Positions 12,722 through 24,700 of a stretch of DNA of 64,000 nucleotides are shown here, piece by piece. Numbering within the stretch: the first letter of the stretch is position 1; the number at the start of each line of letters is the position of its first letter. The stretch is from Glycera tridactyla (lineage: Eukaryota), in the NCBI GenBank assembly GCA_965644265.1, contig OZ286471.1, positions 53,382,001-53,446,000 of the forward strand, written 5' to 3'. The position numbers were made by a program, and so were the translations under genes. Under the pieces are notes generated by a model, which was not told the origin of the DNA, ran no database searches, and saw only the letters and a list, made by a program, of their open reading frames with translations.

Positions 12722-15700
12722 CTGTCTCTCCGTCCGACCATTCCTTTTCTTGATGTCTTTGTTTGCTATATTGAATTTGTATAGCACATGACATTTTTTG
12801 CTTTTCATCATGCCAGCAAAAAGTAAGTTATATTGAGACGCCTCTACAATGGTCATGAGTTGGATAACTTTGGAATAGTCAGGGGATATTATAATCCAGC
12901 GATGTAGATCATCACTCTTTGGAATATTGGAATATTTGTAATAATAAGGAGAGTAATGATTTGCTGATGACTACGTATGATTTGTATGTTACTAGGCGAA
13001 ATGTGACTGTTACTGGCCAGAGGAGGAAGATCTTCACATCGGCAACTATCACATGCAGCTTCAGCAACAAGATCAATATGCTCACTACATTATCCGAGAA
13101 TTCACCATCAAGAAACAGGTGAGTCATGATCACCGCATCATTATTATTCTCTGTTTATTATATATGCATTAAACGGGATAGGACAAATACAGCAGCTTGT
13201 GATAAATGTAGAGATATGGTATTGCCCTTATGCATTCGATACTGTCGATCGGTTGGTTCAGTGGTTGGTTGGTTGATTGGTTGGATAGTTGGTTGGTTGG
13301 TTGGTTGGTTGGTTGGGTGGGTGGGTAGTTGGTATGATTGGTTGGTGAAATGGTTAGTTGGTCGGTCGGTTGGTTGGTTGATAATGGTCCGATGGATGGA
13401 TGGGTGGNNNNNNNNNNNNNNNNNNNNNNNNNNNNNNNNNNNNNNNNNNNNNNNNNNNNNNNNNNNNNNNNNNNNNNNNNNNNNNNNNNNNNNNNNNNNN
13501 NNNNNNNNNNNNNNNNNNNNNNNNNNNNNNNNNNNNNNNNNNNNNNNNNNNNNNNNNNNNNNNNNNNNNNNNNNNNNNNNNNNNNNNNNNNNNNNNNNNN
13601 NNNNNNNNNNNNNNNNNNNNNNNNNNNNNNNNNNNNNNNNNNNNNNNNNNNNNNNNNNNNNNNNNNNNNNNNNNNNNNNNNNNNNNNNNNNNNNNNNNNN
13701 NNNNNNNNNNNNNNNNNNNNNNNNNNNNNNNNNNNNNNNNNNNNNNNNNNNNNNNNNNNNNNNNNNNNNNNTCTCAGCTCGGTGCCGACTTGCAATAGGG
13801 ATGAGAGGAAGCATGGACACTCAAGTACGTGATTTCCTCTGAATTTCCAGCTTGGAATCACTTTGGTTTTCCCCACAACATACTCCACGAGAGTACTAGA
13901 AACTCGAGGTTATTCCATGGTTTCGGTGGGGTTTTCCTGTATTTTAGTTGTCGAAGCTGAATACTGTGCCAATTACTCATTTATTATTCGGACTTGTTTG
14001 GAGCATGCCCTTCTTATTGTGATCTGTGATCTTCATGAGCCATGGAATCAATGCTGATTGATAAGTATATTAGGCTTGTTAGAGTCGATATGATAGGGTA
14101 AACCTATTCCACATGCCACAAGACACGCTGACTGATATGTGAGATGGATTTGTGAGCGGGAAGACTATCGTGGATTAGTGGCATCAGATTTCATCTGATG
14201 AGATTAAAGTTCACCCGTGTTTGACTCTCATAGATAACAGATCAGTGCGGATTACACCATAATTCCTGATGAATATATCCTCGATATAGTGATTTTCCTG
14301 GTGTCATGTGTGTCATGCTGGTCACGTGATTGGACGAAAGGGCACTGACATATGTAGCCAGTTACAGACCAGCTGTTTTGTTAGTCAATGCATGCCACAC
14401 GACAGCTATTGATTGATGTATGTTTGGGTTTTTGAGAGGTAAGACTGTCAAGTCAACAGTGACATCTGTCAACTCAAGTTTGAAAGTATAACCATATTGA
14501 GGACTGTCCCTAGAGTGAGATCCTTCGAGGGCAGTACATCAGTACGATATATTGCATTGATAGAACGTATTTTCTGTGATATACTTCAGAGTGATACTGG
14601 GTGAACGACGGGCTGTCTCCAAAAGGACTGTTGTAATACATCATATGAACACCCTCGCCTACGGTAGTTGGATATCCTCATGACCATAGAAATTCCCTTG
14701 TTACTGTTTATCTGGGTGCCATGGTAACAAATTTGAAATTAGCCTAAAACTCAAAATTTACTAGTCTGTTTACATATAGGTAGGTAGTGTATGACTAAAT
14801 GCTGGTATCTTGCTAAATGACTCACAGGGATTTCTGTCACAAATGTTAATGTCTAGTGCTCCATTGTTGCTATGGTAACCAAGGTAAAATCACAAAGATG
14901 GTTGAAATAATCACATTTCTCCCACTTGGTACATACCACTTCTGCCCCTCCCCATGTCATCTAATTTCTTATCAATAGATAGATCACTTATTGAAAATCA
15001 TGGAGCCCAGTTTTTCCCCGTACAGGCATTCTGTTTGACATTAGAACCTATCATATTTTGCAGGGAGAGGAAAGAGTTGTGCGACATTTCCATTTCACGG
15101 GGTGGCCAGATCACGGGCTACCCGACTTTGCCACATCTATCATTGATTTCCGACATAAAGTGAGGTCATACGACGCAGCAGCAACTGGGCCAATGCTGGT
15201 ACATTGCAGGTGAGTGACCATCACAACTATTGGCTCAGTTAGCAGGTCATATGGTCATTCATTATACTCCATCAATCCACCTGTTCACCAACTCCACTCC
15301 TAAATCCATCCACTCATAAATTCCCCCTTTGATCCATTCATCCGTCCATCAATCAACCTATTGATTCGATCCATCAGACTCAAATTATCGGCCTTGGGAC
15401 GAGGATACTTTGTGACGAGTTTTACTCAAGAGATCAATCAATTACCATTTCCTCTCTGTCTGTTTGTTTGTGTGTCTATTAGTCCGTCTGTCCACCTGTC
15501 CATTCATCATCTCATCCATCTATTCAACCATCAATACATCAAGCCAAACATCCATCCACCTAATAAAAAATCAACGTACCAACCATCGATCACCCCATCC
15601 ATCCGCGCATCCAACCACCAATCCATCTATCATGTATCCAAAATGTCCGCCTGCTAACAAATTAGTCAACAGACTCTAGTTCGAAATACCCCATTACAAG

Positions 15701-18700
15701 ACAGTAGATGAAATCACCCCCGCCGCCCACATCACGAGTCAGGAGGCACAGGGGTAGGACCACATCAGCAACCAATAGACGGCCAGAAAGCCAGCCCATA
15801 AGCATGGCATATGTAAATTACATCTGACCAAAAACAGAAAGCACACACGAGAGGTAGCGAGGTTAGACAGAGTCTGTGATTGATAACAGGCTCAGGAAAA
15901 TAGATATTCAGATGGATTCTATCGTCTTGCATCCTATATAGGGGAAATTGCCTTACCGTCATCCATAAGATCTCTACCTCACTGGAACTTTGGACTGAAT
16001 ATCACAAGCTGAGCGAGTTCTTACCTGTTCATAAGGCGTTCGAATCTATCTAAATATGGAAATAAACTATCTACATATATCTATATAGCTGTGGGTCGAG
16101 GAATAGACTATCCTGGTGAACTCAATAGTGAAACCCATACATCCATCCATCCACCCATTCATTCACTCAAACAGCTACGTATGAATATGTAACAACGGAC
16201 ATCCGGAAGTCCTTTCGATTCTTTGCAGTGCTGGTGTAGGCAGAACTGGGACCCTCATTGCTTTGGACTATCTACTCGACCAAGCAAAGTATGAAGGGAA
16301 GGTGGATGTTCTCAAATTCACAGCAAGTATGAGACTCGCTCGGATGAAGCTGGTCCAAACCCTGGTGAGTGAATAACACCGTCTGATTGCATGTAATGGA
16401 ATCAGTCAAACCCCGGTGAGTGAATAACACCGTCTGATTGAATGTAATGGAATCAGTCAAACCCTGGTGATTGAATAACACCGTCTGATTGTATGTACTG
16501 GAATCAGTCAGACCCTGGTGAGTGAATGACACCGTCTGATTGCATGTAATCGGATCAGTCAAACCCTGATGAGAGTGTGATGGAATCGGTCAAACCCTGG
16601 TGGGTGAATGCACAGTATGATCGAATGTACTGAAATCAGTCGAACCCTGGTGAGTGGGTACATAGCCTGATCGAATGTACTGGAATCAGTCAAACCCTGG
16701 TGAGTGGACACATAGCCTGATTGAATGTAATGGAATCAGTCTCTCAACAGACTCAAGGGATTCATGGCTCATGCTATGCTGCGGAACAGTTGAAGTCCCT
16801 TTCTCTCAAATTTCTAAACAATCTGTTCAATTACACAAAGCTTGCCTATTCTAATACTCATAAAACCAAATTATATCAAGTAGGTAGCATATATTATCAC
16901 ATGGATGTACCACTTTCAGTGAAGTATCAGGTGTTGAGTATTGCATGTGATACTTCACAGCTGAGCGAGAACTACTGAGCGAGAACTACTGTGAGGTGAA
17001 AACACAATACCAAACTTGGTGTGAATTTCTCCAGATATCACTCGGCCTTCGGTCTCGTGACATCTGTGAAATTCACACCTTGTATATTTTCATTCACTAT
17101 TTTGCTCGGACCACAGTCGCCTTTCCCAATACATATTATAGTGGCTGGACAATGACAGGAAAGACAAGGGTGGAATTATATCTAGATCCTATCTGGAACT
17201 GTTGCAGGACCAGTATGTCTTCGTATATGATGGGCTACTCGAGGCCACGGTTTCCAAGGAAACGGACATTGTCTGTGCACAGATGAGGGATGCATTCCGA
17301 CAGCTACAAATTGTGGATCCAACATCAGGCAAATCTCAACTACAAGAACAATACGAGGTAAAATAGGTCATGAATATTCAGCTAATTCCTGTCTGTACTC
17401 GATCGAAACAGGGCTTTCCTCACATTGCTTCTTTTCCTGGACAAACATGGCTCTTACTAGTAAATACTCGACATTGCCTAGCAATCACCTAGCTTTGCCT
17501 AACATTGACTTCCTACATGTCCAGACTACTGCAGCTCATCTGGCAATTGCCACACCAATTGCCACATCACGTGGCCGCCCACCCCCATTGTCGCCCAAAG
17601 ACAGTGGCTAGTGAAATAACCGAAATTATAGAATTTACTTATTTTGGCGTTGTAACGGTTTTACTAGGGACCATCGTTGAGGGATTATTCAAAGCTCCTT
17701 CTTCTGGGCATTTAGTGGGAGGTGGAAATGGAAATGGAAATGTTGAAGTTTAAGTTCCACTTTCTGCACTTGAGTAGGCTAAATCAGACCACCTTCCAAG
17801 GATAATGGAAGATGACGGGTGAAACATTCCTGCCTGGTCGGACGGGGATCGAACCCCAGATCCATTGCACCGGTCCAGTATGCTACCACTGAGCCACCAA
17901 GGCAGGCTCAGCGGGAGGTGGTGTCGGCTGAAGACGGGTGATGAGCAACAGAATGCTGCTCAAGCACACACATCTCCATACTCTCTGGCAATCTGGCAAA
18001 TAGCATCAATATTCCTGGTATGATTATTCCTGATGATCATTAAAGTATGAAATGCTTACAGAAACTGCTCGCAGCCCATATAAATGGCCGTGTAGAACTT
18101 TGGTTCTGTATATCATTCACAATCCTACGCTTACGATCATGAGCAACCTTCAGACATGACCGATCTGATATGAAGAGTCTACCAGAGAGATAAACAATGG
18201 TGATGGCATCTATATTCTCTTGTATTTTGGTATATATGTTTTATGTGAGTATTTGGTATTTGGCTACTGTAAATGTGTTTTTTCCATGATAAGTATGGAA
18301 CGGAATTGAGCTGACACAGCTCATCTACAACAATAGATATCATGAAGCCTAATTATGAAGCCTTATGAGGATGTCTGTCATGACAATGACTGGTTGGTTG
18401 TTTGGTTGTTGTTGATAGGTAGGTTAGTTGATTGTTTAGTTTCTGGTTAGCACAACCTGGCCACCCATGCAATCTCCATGGTATGGTTATTCCAGACTTA
18501 TTCTGAACTCGCAATATAAAGGTGGATTGATATGCAAATCAGAAACCTGAAATAACACTTTTGGATATAGTGGATGTGACAGTAGCTGGGGTCATTTAGT
18601 TAATACTGCAGGTGAGGTTTGCTTATTTGGATTCGACGTTCTCTTAGACTCAATTTGCAATATTGGACTGAAAACGCTGAGGAAAGGGGCACAGCTGTAG

Positions 18701-21700
18701 GAGGCAATACCCTACGACTTGCAAAGTACAATAGTAGTTCTTTCATGTACACTCACGGCCTTTTATACATCTGTTAGCATGCACTCTGTGCATAAGATTC
18801 ATATTTGTCTGAATACTCACAGTTCATGCAGAAACCAAATAATATTATGTTAGTTGGATCAACTTGCAAGCGAATTGTGTCATACTTTTCTCAAATGTGT
18901 GACAGTTTCCTACAACCAAACAACGAATATTGGACTGTAAGATGGCACCCATGTATGAAGCAATTCACACTGACTCTATATTTCGAAAAGTGTGTTATTA
19001 TGTCATCAACTTGCAAGCGAATTGTGTCATACTTTTCTTAAATGTGCGATAGTTTCCTACAAGCAAGCAACAAATGTTGGACCTTTAGATGGCACCCATG
19101 TATGAAGCAATTAACACTGACTCTATATTTCGAAAAAGGTGAATGAGTAAGATATGTGTGTCCTATGGTAGAATGGGAAAGAATCCCCCTCCTCTTCTAT
19201 TCATTGCTCTTGTAGAGAACTTCTTTTCCAGCTTTGATCTGACGCGATGAAATATGATATATGTGTTTTCTTCCTTAGTCCATCTATCCTACCAGAGCCG
19301 ATCGACGGAGAGACATATTATTGATTTGAAGTATGGGTAATATATTTCTATCTCAGTAATGATGAAAAAAACTGCAAGAAGAATTCGCAAAAATTGATCA
19401 ACAGATGAAGGAATGCACTAAGATTTATGGTTGTCTGAATATCTTATCTTTGCTTATTTTCCAGTTGTTGGCTGCACTGCGCCCCCACAGTACGCAGAGA
19501 GCAGGCCTTGCAGGGTTGGTACCTGAGAATCTACACAAGAATCGTACTGTAGACATCATCCCAAGTACGTGATTATCATGGAATAATCAAACCCCTCAGC
19601 TTTGTTATCTATAGTTTGCAAACTTACACATTTACATGGCTTTAGATGTTTAATCGGATCATATTACCATACACATACAGGACAAAATACCATTCATTCT
19701 TTTGCTATTTTTTTCATTGATTTTATTCAAATTTCTTGATCAGCAACTGAATTATTGCCAGTAGTTATGAATGTGCAATTCATGATATGAACATGGTACT
19801 CTCCTGCCCGCCCGTTCCACCTCAGGAAAATAGGGTCACCGTGGCTGATGTCTTATTGTGGGCGATCATGCCCAATAGGTTCGGAAGAGGAATGGTATAG
19901 GCAAATAGGGAAGGGTAAAGACCGCTAGCACCGCCTACATTCAGACACCCTATGCAATTTGCGTGGGTGCGACCTACACGATTTCACCCATTGGTTCATC
20001 AATTGAAGGTGGAGATTCATGAAAACTGCAGGCATTCCTGCTCGGGTGAGCTATACACCGGCTAATTGCGAACTGTATTTGTATACGAAACAAAAGAAGG
20101 ACTATGCATTCATTCATTCATTCATTCACAACTACAATCTCCATACCGAATGGGTGTACCTCATTTGGCGCATCTAGAGGCTCGCCCTGCCCCAATACAG
20201 TTTCATTGGATTTCATCAAATTGAAACGGTCTGTTGAATTCGGTGTAAATTCCGGACTTCTAAGGTGAACTCACTACTTGTTCTAGCTGCCTGAAGCGAT
20301 TTGGAGAGAGGCTCATGGTGACTAAAATATTTAATCTGTACTTCCTCTTCGACTAACAACATGCTCATCGTGCAGGCGGATGCCATCCGAAGATCTTCTG
20401 AACAAGATGCTCATCATTCAGTTGGGACTTTTGTCTGTTTTGAAAATCTTCGGTGTAAATTCCGGACTTCTAAGGTGAACTCACTACTTGTTCTAGCTGC
20501 CTGAAGCGATTTGGAGAGAGGCTCATGGTGACTAAAATATTTAATCTGTACTTCCTCTTCGACTAACAACATGCTCATCGTGCAGGCGGATGCCATCCGA
20601 AGATCTTCTGAACAAGATGCTCATCATTCAGTTGGGACTTTTGTCTGTTTTGAAAATCTTCATTCACGTTCCCAAGAATTCAAGGTCACGAGATATCTGA
20701 TTCCCAGTAGTCCTGCGTATCATGCATTTGAGGTTCGATTGATCTATATTGAAGAATGTACATTAATTTATGTCCTTCCTTCATCTACTACGTTACAAAT
20801 CATATAGCCCTGTCAAATGTACAGGATCATATATATATCGACAGTAGTTACCTAACTATATGAAATATGGCATAACGTATGTAGAATTGCTCCCTGACAT
20901 TTCAAGTTAATCAACAATATCCAGATGCACGGAAACTATAGAGCTAAAATCAACCGAGTTCAGATGACAGTGATTTTGTATCAGCGACATTATCTGGGTC
21001 ATATCACCATAGAGATAGTTGATGGGGCAGTTGCTTTTACATCAGCGGGGCATCATCTTGGCTATATCGAGACGTACACGCAATGGGCATGGTGGGAACA
21101 GTCAAGACCTACTCTTGAGCTTCCAACAGAACCTATCATATATTGTCTCGCAGTTTGATTAAACAGTTTTTGCCTCATAAGCATCTCATGTGCTATATAA
21201 CTTACCTATACAATTCGCATATAGATGATACCTCTCAACAGGGGTCCCAAAAGGATAGTCATACTACAATATGTAATCCAAATGGGTTCGAGTTTGAATT
21301 ATTTTCATTCCTCGCTTGAGAAATAAATGATTCAAACTCAAACGCAACTTCAATACAATTGCAATGTCACACTAATTCGGGTGAATAGATCTGATATGTA
21401 CCATCCTCCGTTGGGGCTTTAACGTCACGTGAGCTTTATCTGTGCCATATTGTGACGCCCATGCAGTGGGCATGGGATGGATCATTTAAGACTCCTCCTT
21501 CTGGATCCCCAACGGAAGGCGGAACTTCACAGACACTCATGACCACTTGCAACTGAGATATCGGTTCGAACCAGCGTTGAGTTAAATTCATCAATTATCA
21601 TATTCGACTTGCAGAGGATGATCAGCGCCGAGTTGTGCTGTCGCTGAAGGAGGACATAGGTGACTACATCAATGCTGTGTTCGTGGATGTAAGTATATCC

Positions 21701-24700
21701 AAATCTAGTGAATATCTCATCGATGTTCAAGTTCAAGTACAACCTTTACAGTTAACACTGATGCTATCCTTATTTCTTGATAGCCCCATACCTAGGTTGG
21801 ACTGGGCCTGCAGCTAATGAGAATCTGGTTGAAAGCATTATATAATATTGTAGTAAATTGTTAGTTGGTTTGTGTGTTGGGTGTTTCCCTACCCGTGAGC
21901 ACTATCTAGGCTATACCTAAACGCCTATGTACAGTCGATGGGCGGGATCATTCAAACATCCTCCTTCTGGGTGCACAAATATAATTTGCTTAAACAGGAG
22001 AAATTGATGAACAAGCGATGACTTGGCCCGTTTATTTTTCACATGAGTTCGAATCTGAATATTCAATGTCAAAGTGCACAGCCACAATGGAAATGACAAC
22101 CAGAAAAGGATGGAATATCAGCTAGGGCTACTCAAGTAGTCACACCAACAATCATTGATTATTCATCACCATCATGTACCTTTTCCATCATGGCTACATA
22201 TATCATGCTAAAATATAGTCCCCACACATCGATGTAATATTTCTTTCTCTCTCGGCTACAATAGGGCTACCGGGAGCAAAAGAGCTTCATCTTGACACAG
22301 GTGCCCCTTCCGCAAACAGTAAAAGACTTCTGGCGAATGATTTGGGAGCAGAATGTCCATTGCGTCGTTCTGCTAAACCAGGACAAAGACATGCTCTTTC
22401 AGGTGAATAGCAGCTTCTCATTACTGCGTTTAGACAACACAATCTCACAATTCCGGTGATACAAGAACTCACATTAAGTTGGTTGGTTGAAATATTCACG
22501 GATTGTCTCAATTATCTGAGACATATTAGCAGCCAAATATCATAGAATGCCTGGCGGCATCACCAGCAATGCCGACAAACCGATTCTTTCAACCTGAGGT
22601 TCTGACAGATAAGCAGACAGACAGACAAATAGACGGACAGGCGCCCAAACGGACACACGGACAGACCGACNNNNNNNNNNNNNNNNNNNNNNNNNNNNNN
22701 NNNNNNNNNNNNNNNNNNNNNNNNNNNNNNNNNNNNNNNNNNNNNNNNNNNNNNNNNNNNNNNNNNNNNNNNNNNNNNNNNNNNNNNNNNNNNNNNNNNN
22801 NNNNNNNNNNNNNNNNNNNNNNNNNNNNNNNNNNNNNNNNNNNNNNNNNNNNNNNNNNNNNNNNNNNNNNNNNNNNNNNNNNNNNGATGGGGAGATAGAG
22901 AGATAGAAGGATACATAGATAAATCGATGGNNNNNNNNNNNNNNNNNNNNNNNNNNNNNNNNNNNNNNNNNNNNNNNNNNNNNNNNNNNNNNNNNNNNNN
23001 NNNNNNNNNNNNNNNNNNNNNNNNNNNNNNNNNNNNNNNNNNNNNNNNNNNNNNNNNNNNNNNNNNNNNNNNNNNNNNNNNNNNNNNNNNNNNNNNNNNN
23101 GAGTGATACTCATATGTAATTCAAGAGTGAGGTAATCTACAATGAAAAATAAATAGATAGAATGATTGATTGATTCTCTTACTGACCAAGGAGTGATACT
23201 CATATGTAATTCAAGAGTGAGGTAATCTACAATAAAAAATAAATAGACAGAATGATTGATTGATTCTCCTACTGGCCAAGGAGTGATACTCATATGTGAT
23301 TACAGAGTGATATAATCTACTGGCCCAGCGAGGATTCACCCGCAAAAAGGATGAATGCCCTTTCACTACAGCATGTCAAGACCACTTCTCTTGGGAAAGA
23401 TGGTGATGTGATTATCAGGGAATTCAAACTCTCTAAAAAGGTGAGTCGGTCGATACATGATAGGTTCACTGGTTGGTGGGTTGTTGTATGGAAAATATCC
23501 CACAAAAACATCTGGTCTATATTGAAATGTCCATGCGATGGAGCATCATTCAAGACATCTACTTCCAGTCACTGGAGGAAGCTTGATATTTACATACTTC
23601 ATTTTCCATCAAAGCTCTGAATTTACAACGAAGAGATGGGTCAGATACGAAGAACATTGTGGAAATCATCACCGAAACATATTCCTTAAAAATACGATGC
23701 AATGCAGGAAAAGTGCCTTTGGGAATGAATCACAACTACATATTGTTTTCCATTTCTATTTCCTTGCTGAAATTAGGGTTGTGAGAAGAAGCAGAGTGTG
23801 GTGCAGTATGTGGTAGAATGGCCCAATAATGCAGACTTCCGATCCTGGATCACCATCATCTTGGACGTGATGGAACGAGTGCGAAGAAGACAACAACAGA
23901 CTGATAACGAACCTGTTGTCATACAATGCAGGTAAGGGTGGACAATATCAACAAGCTGTTCAGATGGCATTGGCAGAAGGATCACATTTTGTTATTGGGG
24001 ACAGCAAGCACCATGAAGTCTCCATAATACTTCCCCAATTGCATGAGTCCCATACTCGATGTTGGGGCAGAGTAATTTTCTATTCCGTGATAAACTGTCA
24101 ATTCGCTGGAGTTGGTTCTGGGTTAACGACACGTGGGCTTCATTGGTGTTATATTGTGACGCCCATGCAACGGGCATGAGCGGGATCATTCAAAACTTTT
24201 CCCTCAGGATCCTCAACAAAATTTGTTAAATCCACAGACACTCAAGGTGTTATCCAATTCCTCTTGATGCTTTACCGTTGCATAATGAGCACAACCAGTT
24301 ATAAGCCAATACATGCAACATCACCGATTCCGAATGTTTATACAGATCAATAGATAATCAGATGGAAAGACACTGCCTCATGCTTCCTTCAATTAGATAA
24401 CTTTGAATATATTTCGAGGCCCCAAAATGGTCGTAAGGCTCAATATTCCTTCAAGGCAAGATGATTTGTAATTTTTAATGTAGGGACGGTGCAGAACTGT
24501 CTGGCTGGTACTGTACTGCATGTTTTCTACTGGAGAAGATACAGATAGACCAGGAGGTGGATGTCTTCCTGGCTGTCAAACAAGTTCGAGCTTCCAGGCC
24601 TCCAATCATCAGAACACTAGTAAGTCCTAGAAAGCCCTAAGTGGAAGGTTCACCATAAGGCATTAATGTATTTGTTTCATAATACTGCTTTTTTTTTCAA

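Noticed and set aside
16356-16741. CRISPR-like array
   Set aside because: The units are contiguous with no unique spacers, in a eukaryotic intron context; it is a minisatellite.
17832-17903. Functional tRNA gene
   Set aside because: The acceptor and anticodon stems do not pair properly, and it continues into a body with a repeat tail; called a SINE instead.
19836-20128. Possible + strand SINE ending in (CATT)n
   Set aside because: A- and B-boxes are too degenerate and there is no second copy in the window.
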